A stretch of 24,000 bases of DNA from Phormidium sp. (GCA_051013385.1 CP143274.1:27157-51156); one strand, 5' to 3'; numbered from the stretch's first letter, positions 8,616 to 17,573 are shown. Numbers and translations are program-made. The notes: generated from the letters alone by a model not told the origin.

Positions 8616-8632
8616 CTTCTTCCTGATTTTAT
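8616..8632 (+). promoter_or_regulatory. Direct-repeat box 3 (degenerate): CTTCTT-CCTGA-TTTTAT
   Basis: It has the same 6-5-6 geometry and the central CCTGA of box 4. TAAATA lies at 8651-8656, at a distance similar to that seen at boxes 1 and 2. It is upstream of the gene at 8694. Confidence 0.3.
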
Positions 8633-8693
8633 TCAAGGGATTTAGGCGAATAAATAGCGAGTTCATTAAGTTAATTGTTCAAGGAGAACCGCA

Positions 8694-9173
8694 ATGAAAA
8701 AGCTGATTTATGCAGGTGTAGCATTTACCCTAATAATAGCCGCTTCAATTTCCTCTGCTAGGGCAGCTGGAAGCTTACGGAATGCCAATGCTCCTCACAT
8801 TGTCCATAGTGGCTCGCATACTAGTAATCCTCGTTTTCTTGATGCTACTCATCATTTTGAAATTCACGTTCAAGGGCCTGCTCTTTCAGAACTTTCAATT
8901 GACTTACCAGAGGATTTGAGCATTCGTAGGGGAATTGAGGTAGAAAATAAATCGGGTCAGAGAATCCCGGCGACCGTTTCTATCAGAGATAGAAAAGCTA
9001 CAATAGTTTTCTCTCAACCTGTACCTCCTGAGACAACGCTATCAATCAAAATGCAAGGTGTTAATGCTCGATTTTATCGGAGCATTAGGCAGTACATGGT
9101 CTATAGCAAGATGGTTGGTTTGAATGCAGAAATTCCACTTGGTACAGTTCGGATTCAAACCTCCTCTCGATAA
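8694..9173 (+). CDS. Secreted protein of unknown function, paralog 2
   Basis: AGGAG RBS. Signal peptide MKKLIYAGVAFTLIIAASISSARA. The core ATHHFEIHVQGPALSELSIDLPEDLSI...RKATIVFSQPVPPETTLSIKMQGV is roughly two-thirds identical by eye to 8108..8602. Confidence 0.7.
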   Translation: MKKLIYAGVAFTLIIAASISSARAAGSLRNANAPHIVHSGSHTSNPRFLDATHHFEIHVQGPALSELSIDLPEDLSIRRGIEVENKSGQRIPATVSIRDRKATIVFSQPVPPETTLSIKMQGVNARFYRSIRQYMVYSKMVGLNAEIPLGTVRIQTSSR

Positions 9174-9287
9174 AGAGTTTTGGTAGTCAAATTGATGTAT
9201 TCTCAGCTGTGCTGCGTAACCAGTACAGTCGAGAGTTTCTTGCATCATTGTAAGCTTGATTGGGTAAACCCCAAAAAAGGACTGGTA

Positions 9288-9304
9288 TTTCATCCTGATT
9301 TCAC
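9288..9304 (+). promoter_or_regulatory. Direct-repeat box 4: TTTCAT-CCTGA-TTTCAC
   Basis: It has the same 11-bp-spaced hexamers and lies ~200 bp upstream of the response-regulator gene. It is preceded by gggtaaac, which resembles the ggtaaatg preceding boxes 1 and 2. Confidence 0.4.
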
Positions 9305-9504
9305 AACTACCTGTTAATCTACAAAGTAATGGCTCAATAGACTTCTGACATATACTCCTTTTCATTGACTTTTTAATCTTCACACTGAATTTAGCAAGGA
9401 GTCTACTGAGCTTTTCTTGATAAAAGTTATTGATTAAGTCGTTTTTTGAGAAAAAGCAGAAAGCCTGTAAAAAAAATCAAACTGACAGGTGACAAATTGA
9501 TTCT

Positions 9505-10209
9505 ATGAGAGTACTGCTAGTTGAAGATGAGCCAGACCTGGGTGCCGCAATTAAACGAACCTTAAATCAGCACAAGTATGTGGTTGACTGGGCGCTCGAC
9601 GGCACTGAAGCTTGGAACTACCTAGACAACCCGAAAACAAAGTATACGCTAGCTATTTTTGACTGGTTGATACCAGGAATATCAGGTTTGGAACTGCTGC
9701 GGCGATTGCGTGCTAGAAAAAATCCCCTTCCAGTGTTAATGCTTACAGCAAAAGACAGAATGGAAGATAAAATAACTGGTTTAGATGCGGGGGCAGATGA
9801 TTATCTGGTCAAGCCGTTTGGTATGGCGGAATTGCTAGCACGGTTGCGAGCTTTGCAAAGACGCTCGCCTCAAATCCAACCGGAACAACTTCATGTAGGT
9901 ACTCTCACTTTGGACTACGCCACTCGAAGTGTTTATCGTCTCGCTCACAACGATGAAAAGCAGGAAATTCCCCTCACTAATAAAGAATTTCAGCTACTCG
10001 AATATTTTATGAAACACCCTAACCAAATTGTCACCAGCGATCAAATCCGCAATCAGGTTTGGGAAATGAGCGCAGATGCGATCAGTAATGTGGTAGCCGC
10101 TCAAGTACGCTTGCTCAGACGCCAACTAGCATCGGTAGGAAGCGCTCATTTGATTGAAACTATTCACGGTACTGGCTACCGTTTCAATACATCTGATGAA
10201 CCAAAATAA
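9505..10209 (+). CDS. OmpR/PhoB-family response regulator (CopR/CusR-like)
   Basis: Receiver domain MRVLLVEDEPDLG...FDWLIPGISGLELLRRLR...PVLMLTAKD...GADDYLVKPF. Winged-helix output domain LTNKEFQLLEYFMKHPNQIVTSDQIRNQVW...IETIHGTGYRF. Confidence 0.9.
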   Translation: MRVLLVEDEPDLGAAIKRTLNQHKYVVDWALDGTEAWNYLDNPKTKYTLAIFDWLIPGISGLELLRRLRARKNPLPVLMLTAKDRMEDKITGLDAGADDYLVKPFGMAELLARLRALQRRSPQIQPEQLHVGTLTLDYATRSVYRLAHNDEKQEIPLTNKEFQLLEYFMKHPNQIVTSDQIRNQVWEMSADAISNVVAAQVRLLRRQLASVGSAHLIETIHGTGYRFNTSDEPK

Positions 10210-11494
10210 GTTATTCTCTCAAACTCGTCTGCGATTAGCGACTTCCTATGCCGTTGTGATGGGCTTTATCTTAGCTCTATGCGGTTTGGGTGTATATGAG
10301 GCGATTGTTCACGCTCACTGGCAAACTTTAGACCGAGAACTGGAAACGGTTGCAGGAACTTTACATGACAGTATTGAAAACAAACTCAAGCTACCCGGAC
10401 GTTTGGAACCGATAGAAGAGAAACTGTTTTCTGTCTCTCCCTCGAAACGCCACACTTTAGGAGCAATTTACCAAGGCAACTATTATGTGCGGTTGTTAGA
10501 TCGTTCCGAACGAATTGTTGCGGAAGCTGGTTCCGTACCCCTTGGTTTACCTGTCACATCACCTAAAGTGACTTGGCAGAATCTCAAGGATAGCGAAGGG
10601 AATCGTTATCATCAAATTTCTCTATCCCTGCATACCCAGGATAATCTTTCTTGGGGATATATGCAGATGGGGCGGAGTCTCAAAGACCTCGATGACTACC
10701 TCAAAACTGTTAAATTGGTATTGTTTTTTGGATTGCCGATCGCGATGATTTTGGTGGCTGGTTCTAGTTGGTGGCTGGCAGGATTGGCTATGCAACCAAT
10801 TTACCAATCTTATCGCCAGATTCAACAGTTTACAGCTGATGCTGCTCACGAGTTACGAACGCCTTTAGCTGCTACACAAGCGACCGTTGAATCAGCATTG
10901 GAAATGCCTCAGATGGATGAACTTGAGGTACGTGATATCTTAAGAACTATAGAGCGTCAAAATCGCAGGCTAATTCAGCTGGTTGCCGATTTGTTGTTGC
11001 TGGCACGCCTGGAGCGACAAGCTGTACCGATGCGACTGAAAGCTTGTTGCTTGAATGATTTGGTTGGCGATTTAATCGAGGAATTTGAAGCTTTGGCGAT
11101 CGCTAATGGTTTAACTCTGGCTGCTGATATTCGGGGGAACCACCCAGTAGAGGTAGTGGGTGACGAAGAGCAACTGTATCGCTTGGTTTCTAATTTGATG
11201 GTGAATGCCATCCAGTATACTCCTGCCGGAGGGAAGGTAATAGTGGTTTTATACCGCAGCGATCGCTATGCTGCGATCGAAGTTCAAGATACTGGTATTG
11301 GGATTGCACCCACCGAACAAAAGCGGATTTTCGATCGCTTTTATCGAGTTAATACCGATCGTTCTCGCAGTACAGGTGGGTCAGGTTTAGGATTAGCAAT
11401 TGCTCAAGCTATTGTTCAGGCACATGGAGGCGATCTACAAGTACAAAGCGAATTGAGCAAAGGTAGTACTTTTACGATTAGTCTACTAGTTTGA
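10196..11494 (+). CDS. Sensor histidine kinase, two TM helices with a periplasmic loop (CopS/CusS-like)
   Basis: The likely start ATG 10196 (MNQNKLFSQTRLRLATSY...) overlaps the regulator's stop by 14 nt. H-box FTADAAHELRTPLA, N-box LVSNLMVNAIQYT, G1 VQDTGIGI, G2 GGSGLGLAIAQ. The TM helices are VVMGFILALCGLGVY and LVLFFGLPIAMILVAGSSWWLAGLA. Confidence 0.9.
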   Translation: MNQNKLFSQTRLRLATSYAVVMGFILALCGLGVYEAIVHAHWQTLDRELETVAGTLHDSIENKLKLPGRLEPIEEKLFSVSPSKRHTLGAIYQGNYYVRLLDRSERIVAEAGSVPLGLPVTSPKVTWQNLKDSEGNRYHQISLSLHTQDNLSWGYMQMGRSLKDLDDYLKTVKLVLFFGLPIAMILVAGSSWWLAGLAMQPIYQSYRQIQQFTADAAHELRTPLAATQATVESALEMPQMDELEVRDILRTIERQNRRLIQLVADLLLLARLERQAVPMRLKACCLNDLVGDLIEEFEALAIANGLTLAADIRGNHPVEVVGDEEQLYRLVSNLMVNAIQYTPAGGKVIVVLYRSDRYAAIEVQDTGIGIAPTEQKRIFDRFYRVNTDRSRSTGGSGLGLAIAQAIVQAHGGDLQVQSELSKGSTFTISLLV

Positions 11495-11772
11495 ATGAAT
11501 TTGCGATTTTGTATCTCTATCAGAGCATTACTACAATGCTTGCTCGATCGCTCCTGGTAACTAGCAAATTGAGTTAATTACACAAAAGACTGGGCTACAA
11601 GTCTTCTCTAGTAAAAAATATTCAAAAAATTAATGTGTAATTAATCCTGTCCAATTACTTATTTTGTTAGATTCAATTGGCCTCTCAATATATAGCGTTT
11701 CTCTGACTCATGAGGTACATATTGTTGGCTAACCATAGCGTAATATAAAACCTTGTTTATTATCCATCTACC

Positions 11773-13698
11773 CTAAAATTTTTCGCTCTTCATATTGGCA
11801 AAATGGTCTTGTAATAGTTTGTGGAAGAATTGATAGCGACCCCCAATTTTTATGATAAATAAGCGTTCTTCTGCATAATGGAGAAAGCGAGCGTAGTTCC
11901 AAGGTATGTAACCATTGCGCCAAAGCAAGAATCGCAACAAAAAATGTTGAAGACAAGCCATTCCACCTGTTAATAGTGCTATCGTTGGTACTACTGTCGC
12001 TCCAGTAATTAGTGTGGAAAAAGCTATTTTATCTGTCAAAATAATTGTTAATCCGAATCCCAAACAACTTATTAGTATAAATATTAATGTGATGCGTGTT
12101 GAATAAAAAATATCTTGATTGGGAGCTTTTCTTTGTTTGATTTCTAGCCGCTCACTCGTGAAAGCTAAATTACCTAACAAAACTAAACTAAATATGCATC
12201 CGAAAATTAATCTGGGAATTAATTGCGTATTTACTCCAAATGCCAAACTTAAAATTAATACACTCACTCCGTAACCTAAAAATAATTTATAGAGCTTTAC
12301 TTGAGGAAATTTAAAAGTCTCAATTGGTGTGATTTGCTTATACAAGTATTTAAAAGGAAATGATGCTACTATAGAGCCGATTACAAGTCCAATAATATCC
12401 GAAAATGACAACTGTTGTGTAATGGTAGGCAAGACGGTGGTTAAAGAAAAGATTAATATAATAATTATTAAAAGAATAATATTATAAATTCTTAAATCAG
12501 TTGGCTTTAACCAATTTGGTTGCATCTTTTCAATTAAAAATTCAGTTTGAGACTCTCTTTGTAACTGTTGCGCTAACCAAATAAGCCAAAGTCTGGTTTG
12601 ATGAGAGCTAGGAAACTTTTGTTTAATGTATGCTTTACTATCAATGTCCCGGCTCAACATTCGTCCTACGTAGCTATCAAGCAAATATTGAATTCGGTCT
12701 TCTACAGACGTTAGCTTCTGCCATTGTTCAAAAGATATTTCTTCATAGGCTAGAATGGAAACATTAAGCAGCAAAGGATTTCTAACTAACGGTAATAGAT
12801 TGGAGTTGTTGCTAATACTTTGCCAAAAGTAGGTATGGCTAATATTAGCTAAGTACTCCTGAAGTTGAGAGTTAGTTAAGGATTTTAAGCTGATGGAGTT
12901 GCTGAGTTCAAGGCGAGTATCATAATTTTCATATTCACCTAAGCGGCTACAAACAACTAGATGTTTAGGACGGTATTCTCCCTTCATTAGCTCGTTAATT
13001 GCCTGCACGCAAAGTTCTTGACGAGTTGATTGTAGTTCATCCAAACCATCCAATAGTGGTATAATTCGTTGATTCTTTAGCCATTCTCCGATCAACCCCT
13101 TTAAGGGTTTAAACTGTAATTCGATTGTAGTTACCAACCAATCAGCTATAGTTTGGCGATCGTCCCTCCAAGATGAAAGGTTGCACACCCAAGGAATTGG
13201 ATAATTAGGATCGGCTTCAGCACGACTAATCAGAGTTTCAGCTAGTTCTAACAGAGTAGTAGTCTTTCCCGCTCCTGGCGCACCCAGGATTAACAATCTA
13301 CCTGCAATTTCTTCTAAGTCAAAGATTTCAATAACGTTAGTATTCGATGGTAAAAGAAAGGGAGGTTTTTCGCCGATCTTAACTTCAGTATTCCAAAGCT
13401 GCTTTACCTGCTGAGGTTGTAACTCCTTAACCAAGTTTATCGGCTCAGTATAAAGTAGAGATTTCTTTAGCCGATCGCTAACCATTTGCTTCATTTCCTC
13501 TAAGAGGAATTGTTCTTTACGCGATCGAACTAAATTGTTTCCTTTTGCAAACTGCTGACCCAGAAAAATATTATTATTATAGATATCGCCGCCTATTTGA
13601 TTAGCATAAACATTTGTTGCATCTACAATACCGCCCGCAAATTGAGAACCTCTTAGGTCATGATTAGAAACTTTTTTAGGATCTGGCGCTTCAGACAT
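11773..13698 (-). CDS. NACHT-family P-loop NTPase with an N-terminal G/N/Q-rich motif and a C-terminal polytopic membrane domain
   Basis: Walker A is LILGAPGAGKTTTLLELA and Walker B is RIIPLLDGLDEL. The C-terminal ~230 aa contain at least 6 hydrophobic helices, including NIILLIIIILIFSLTTVL, IIGLVIGSIVASF, LGYGVSVLILSLAFGV, LIFGCIFSLVLLGNLAF, LIFILISCLGFGLTIIL and TGATVVPTIALLTGGMA. I prefer ATG 13698 (MSEAPDPKKVSNHDLRGSQFAGGIVDA...). The listed GTG 13773 would overlap the upstream gene. Confidence 0.8.
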   Translation of the reverse strand: MSEAPDPKKVSNHDLRGSQFAGGIVDATNVYANQIGGDIYNNNIFLGQQFAKGNNLVRSRKEQFLLEEMKQMVSDRLKKSLLYTEPINLVKELQPQQVKQLWNTEVKIGEKPPFLLPSNTNVIEIFDLEEIAGRLLILGAPGAGKTTTLLELAETLISRAEADPNYPIPWVCNLSSWRDDRQTIADWLVTTIELQFKPLKGLIGEWLKNQRIIPLLDGLDELQSTRQELCVQAINELMKGEYRPKHLVVCSRLGEYENYDTRLELSNSISLKSLTNSQLQEYLANISHTYFWQSISNNSNLLPLVRNPLLLNVSILAYEEISFEQWQKLTSVEDRIQYLLDSYVGRMLSRDIDSKAYIKQKFPSSHQTRLWLIWLAQQLQRESQTEFLIEKMQPNWLKPTDLRIYNIILLIIIILIFSLTTVLPTITQQLSFSDIIGLVIGSIVASFPFKYLYKQITPIETFKFPQVKLYKLFLGYGVSVLILSLAFGVNTQLIPRLIFGCIFSLVLLGNLAFTSERLEIKQRKAPNQDIFYSTRITLIFILISCLGFGLTIILTDKIAFSTLITGATVVPTIALLTGGMACLQHFLLRFLLWRNGYIPWNYARFLHYAEERLFIIKIGGRYQFFHKLLQDHFANMKSEKF

Positions 13699-13744
13699 AC
13701 ATTTAGCAAAAGATTGTAGATAGGTTAATCTAATCTGAAAATCT

Positions 13745-15513
13745 CTAGGGAGCGGGGTTGTCGATGTTACCACCTATGTGTTGGGAATGAACTATCTCGG
13801 CATCTACAATTCCACCAGCTATTTGAGAGTGTTGTAGGTCGTAATTAGAGGATTTAACCACAGCTTTTGCCTCTACAGTGATGGGCTTATTAGCCAATAT
13901 CTTAACAATTTCCGTGAGATTTGCATTTTGCTGACGATGAGTAGCTATCTGTTCATCCTTAGCTTCTAACTGGTATCTATATTTTTCTTCTAAGGCTTTT
14001 AATTGCAGTTCGTATTCTTGCTTGAGGTATTTCTCTATTTCTGCCTTATTTGCATTAAAAGGAACATTAACACGAATGATAAAAGCACCATCATTCTTGT
14101 TTTCAAGAGCTTGAATAGATAGCTCCTCACTACCACACTTAACTTGCAGCTTTTGAAATGAATTAAGGAATGCCTGCCAATCAATGCCGTTACGGAAAAC
14201 TAGATCGACTGTTGCTACTGCTTTTTGGAATAATTTAGTAAACTCTCCTGAAGCAAAGTTTCCACTACTAGGGCGGCGTTCTTGTTCTCTTTCTTGAAGA
14301 TAAACATAGTCACAAATCACTCCATTCAACTGGGTGGTACTATTAATATTCCAATCTTGAATGCAGGCTCCAGTTAATGTTGCTTGCCGAAAGGTACTAC
14401 CCATTACTAGAGCCGTAGATAAATTGGCCTGAGTGAGATTAGCATTACACAAGTTGCATTCTCTAAGATCGGCTTCTGCCAGATTAGCTTTAGCTAGATT
14501 AGTGTTTGCCAATATTGCGTTACTCAAAGATGCTTTCCGAAGGTCTGCTTTACTGAAGTTTGCTCCACTGAGGTCTGCCTCCTCTAGTAAAGTCGCCACA
14601 AGTAAGGATTCAACTAACTGTGCATCTCTGAGATCGGCTTTTGTAAGATACGCCGCTGTGAGGTTAGCTTGATTTAAAGAAGCCAATATAAGGGATGATT
14701 CCCACATTTGTGCGCTAACGAGAATTGCTTCTGTAAGATTAGCTCGATCGAGGTTGCACTTGTTGAGAATTGCCCCCTTCAGGTTGGCTTTGTACAAAAC
14801 GGCATTGCTGAGATTAGCTTGGGTGAGGTTCGTTATAGTAAGGAATGCGCCACTGAGATCTGCTCCTGTTAAGTCTGCTCCTGTTAAGTCTGTCCTTGTC
14901 AAGTTTGCTTGGCGAAAGTTTACTCCACTGAGATTAGCTTCTTGAAGATTAACCAGACAGAGATTTGCTCCACAAAAATTGGCTTCCGTAAAGCGTGCGC
15001 CGCGAAGTTCAGCAATGCTGAGGTTAGCTCCCTGAAAATTTGCTCTGCTAAGGTTAGCTCGATTCAGGATGGCCATTCCTAACTCTGCTCCCCTGAGATC
15101 TGCCTCACTCAAATTAGCTTTCTTGAAGTTAGCATTTCCCATATCTGCTTTCTGGAGATATGCTCCACTGAGATTAGCTTTGCTAAAATCTGCCTCCGTG
15201 AGTTTGGCTTCAGTGAAGTTAGTTTCTTTTAAGTAAGCATTTTGGAAGTTAGTTCTATCAAGGTCTGCTCGACGGAAGTTGGCTCTGCTAAGATTTGCCC
15301 CATTAAACTTTGCCCATTTGACAATAGCCCTGCTAAAATCGATTCCACAGAGGTCTGTATTGCTAATATCAGCACTTTTAAAGTTAGTTCCATCCAAGGA
15401 AGCGCCATTAAGTTTTATCCTACTAAGCTTGGCACTCCGAAAGTCAGCGCCCCTAAGATTAGCATTCGAGAGGTCAGCACCATTTAGGGTGACTATGCCA
15501 AGGTCTGTTTGGC
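13745..15513 (-). CDS. Pentapeptide-repeat protein, main (3') portion; the 5' end is separated by an antisense group II intron
   Basis: There are about 65 consecutive A(D/N)LxX pentads (ANLSRANFRRADLDRTNFQN...). A ~190-aa non-repeat domain follows (CIQDWNINSTTQLNGVICDYVYLQ...). The C-terminus is SSNYDLQHSQIAGGIVDAEIVHSQHIGGNIDNPAP*. Upstream of the listed TTG 15397 the frame stays open and pentapeptide-like (QTDLGIVTLNGADLSNANLRGADFRSAKLSRIKLNGASL) as far as the intron boundary at 15513. Confidence 0.85.
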
Positions 15514-16061
15514 GTGCGATTCGTTGTAGCCGAATCAGTGGAAATAATCCACGAAATAACGCTACTCACAACCGTTTAGAGGTTGTGAAACTCTCAAGAT
15601 GATGAGGGTGCAAGCCCCTCCCATCAGGTAAGGATGTGACTCCCAATCTAGCCACAGCGACCAGACTCGGAATTCTGGAGACTGAAGCTGGCAGTAGGGC
15701 GCAATCAGAGCTTGACCGAAAGCACACTGGCGCTAGGGGAGTTCCCAAGGTGAAACAGAGCCTAAAAAAGCAGCTTAAGGCCGAAACCGGACGGAAAAGA
15801 ATAACCCCCCGGATTTCACTAGAGTAAAAACCCGCTAGCTTATGCTAAAGAGACTAGCCTTACCAAGGGTTTCTAGTAGCTGAAGTGGCTACGCCTAAAG
15901 GAACAAGACAATCACTTGAGGGAACGAAGAAAAACGAATTTAGGGTCTTGGGAAAGGTCGAACCCCAGGTAGGCGAGACGAGACGCAGAAACCCCTAGAT
16001 TCGGGTAGGATTCAGCGTAATTGCTGAAAGGCAATCAGAGTAAACACTACAGGAGTAGAGC

Positions 16062-17564
16062 ATGATTGGGCGCAGTCTTAGTGCTAGCGAATTTTGGAAG
16101 AAATTACCTTGGAAGAAGTTTCGACGTAATCTATTCCGCCTGCAAGTGAGGGTTTACAAAGCTATTAGAGCCAATGACCTGCGTAAAGCTAAGTCATTAA
16201 TGAAGCTAATCCTGAAGGCCAGAGCAGCAAGATTACTGGCAATCCGTCAAGTAACACAACTCAATGCAGGGAAGAAAACCCCCGGTATCGACGGCAAAGC
16301 GTCCCTGACACATCAGGAACGCTTAGAGTTGAGTACACAACTCAAGGGTAATGTTAACACCTGGAGACACCAAGGGCTGAGAGAAATTCCCATACCTAAG
16401 AAAGATGGGTCAACCCGGATACTGAAAGTCCCCACTATAGGCGATAGAGCTTGGCAATGCCTAGTGAAATACGCCATAGAACCTGCACATGAGGCTACAT
16501 TCCATGAAAGAAGCTATGGGTTTAGACCAAGTAGAGCAGCACACGACGCTCAGAAATTCTTGTTTCTAAATCTAAGCTCCAAAGTAAACGGAAACATCAA
16601 GAGAGTCATCGAACTAGATATCGAGAAATGCTTTGACCGAATAAGTCACACCGCCATAATGGACAAACTCATAGCCCCATCGGGCATCCGCAACGGTATT
16701 TTCCGGTGCCTAAAATCAGGAGTCAACCCAGGGTTCCCAGAACAGGGAACGCCCCAAGGCGGAGTAGTTAGCCCACTGCTAGCGAACATTGCATTAAACG
16801 GTATCGAAAAGATACACCAATCAATAAGATACGCCGACGATATGGTATTCATACTGAAACCAAAAGATGACGCTCAAAAGATACTTGAGGAAATCAGTCA
16901 GTTCCTTGCTCAAAGAGGTATGAAGATTAGTGAAAAGAAGACAAAAATAACCGCAGCGACAGATGGATTTGACTTTCTAGGATGGCACTTCAAAGTGCAA
17001 AAGAACGGAAAGTTTCGGAGTCAGCCTTCAACGGAAAACTTCAAAAAGTTCCGAGGTAAAGTCAAGAAAATCGTCAATAACTCGAATTATGGGGCAAAGG
17101 TAAAAGCCGAAAAGCTTGCACCTATTGTCAGAGGTTGGAGAAACTACCACCAGTTCTGTAAGTTGGATGGCAACAGATTCAGTTTATCGTCACTCCGCGA
17201 AAGAACTTGGCGAGTATTCAACAAAGAAAAGAAGCTTAACCGATACCAGGTAAAAGAACTGGTCAACAAAGCATTCCCGGCTGTCCCCTACCACGAAAAC
17301 AAATTCATAAATGTGAAAGGGGGTAAGTCACCTTTCGATGGCGATATCCTGTACTGGGCAAAGCGTAACAGCAATTTATACGACGGTACAACCTCAAAGA
17401 TGCTCAAAAAGCAGAACCATACTTGTGGACATTGTGGGCTTCTCTTTATCGGAGAAGAAAAGGTGCATCTACACCACATCGACGGTAATCATAGCAACGG
17501 GAAGGCTAACAATCTGATGGTTGTCCACGAAAGCTGTCACGACTACATCCACATGAGCAATTAA
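16062..17564 (+). CDS. Group II intron reverse transcriptase/maturase with a C-terminal HNH endonuclease domain
   Basis: RT blocks are TPGIDGKASL, IPIPKKDGSTRILKVPTIGDRAWQ, SYGFRPSRAAHDA, IELDIEKCFDRISH, GTPQGGVVSPLLANIAL and the YADD motif (IRYADDMVFI). The maturase X region has GWRNYH. The HNH region is CGHCG...HLHHIDGNHSNGKANNLMVVHESCHDYIH. Confidence 0.95.
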   Translation: MIGRSLSASEFWKKLPWKKFRRNLFRLQVRVYKAIRANDLRKAKSLMKLILKARAARLLAIRQVTQLNAGKKTPGIDGKASLTHQERLELSTQLKGNVNTWRHQGLREIPIPKKDGSTRILKVPTIGDRAWQCLVKYAIEPAHEATFHERSYGFRPSRAAHDAQKFLFLNLSSKVNGNIKRVIELDIEKCFDRISHTAIMDKLIAPSGIRNGIFRCLKSGVNPGFPEQGTPQGGVVSPLLANIALNGIEKIHQSIRYADDMVFILKPKDDAQKILEEISQFLAQRGMKISEKKTKITAATDGFDFLGWHFKVQKNGKFRSQPSTENFKKFRGKVKKIVNNSNYGAKVKAEKLAPIVRGWRNYHQFCKLDGNRFSLSSLRERTWRVFNKEKKLNRYQVKELVNKAFPAVPYHENKFINVKGGKSPFDGDILYWAKRNSNLYDGTTSKMLKKQNHTCGHCGLLFIGEEKVHLHHIDGNHSNGKANNLMVVHESCHDYIHMSN

Positions 17565-17573
17565 GATTGTCGG

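Noticed and set aside
11574-11644. 11-bp inverted repeat TTAATTACACA/TGTGTAATTAA with an inner 6-bp hairpin (aagact...agtctt), between the convergent kinase and NACHT genes, as a possible bidirectional terminator
   Set aside because: The arms are 49 nt apart, the inner stem is weak and AT-rich, and no U-tract follows. It is not convincing as a terminator or as an element.
13699-13773. GTG-initiated 25-codon N-terminal extension of the NACHT ORF
   Set aside because: It would overlap the end of the upstream gene by 29 nt. An in-frame ATG at 13698 leaves a 46-nt spacer and places the shared motif near the N-terminus. This is not excluded, only less likely.
14433-15602. Plus-strand ORFs (14433..14672, 14754..14945, 15242..15487, 15279..15602) with repetitive SA.LR/FAPL-type translations
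   Set aside because: They are the antisense reading of the pentapeptide-repeat gene. The 15-nt periodicity keeps the complementary frames open. They have no RBS and no independent motif.
15566-15827. Short ORFs 15566..15748 (-) and 15636..15827 (+)
   Set aside because: They lie in group II intron domain I-III RNA, upstream of the IEP ORF, and their composition is GC-rich structured RNA. There are no coding signals.
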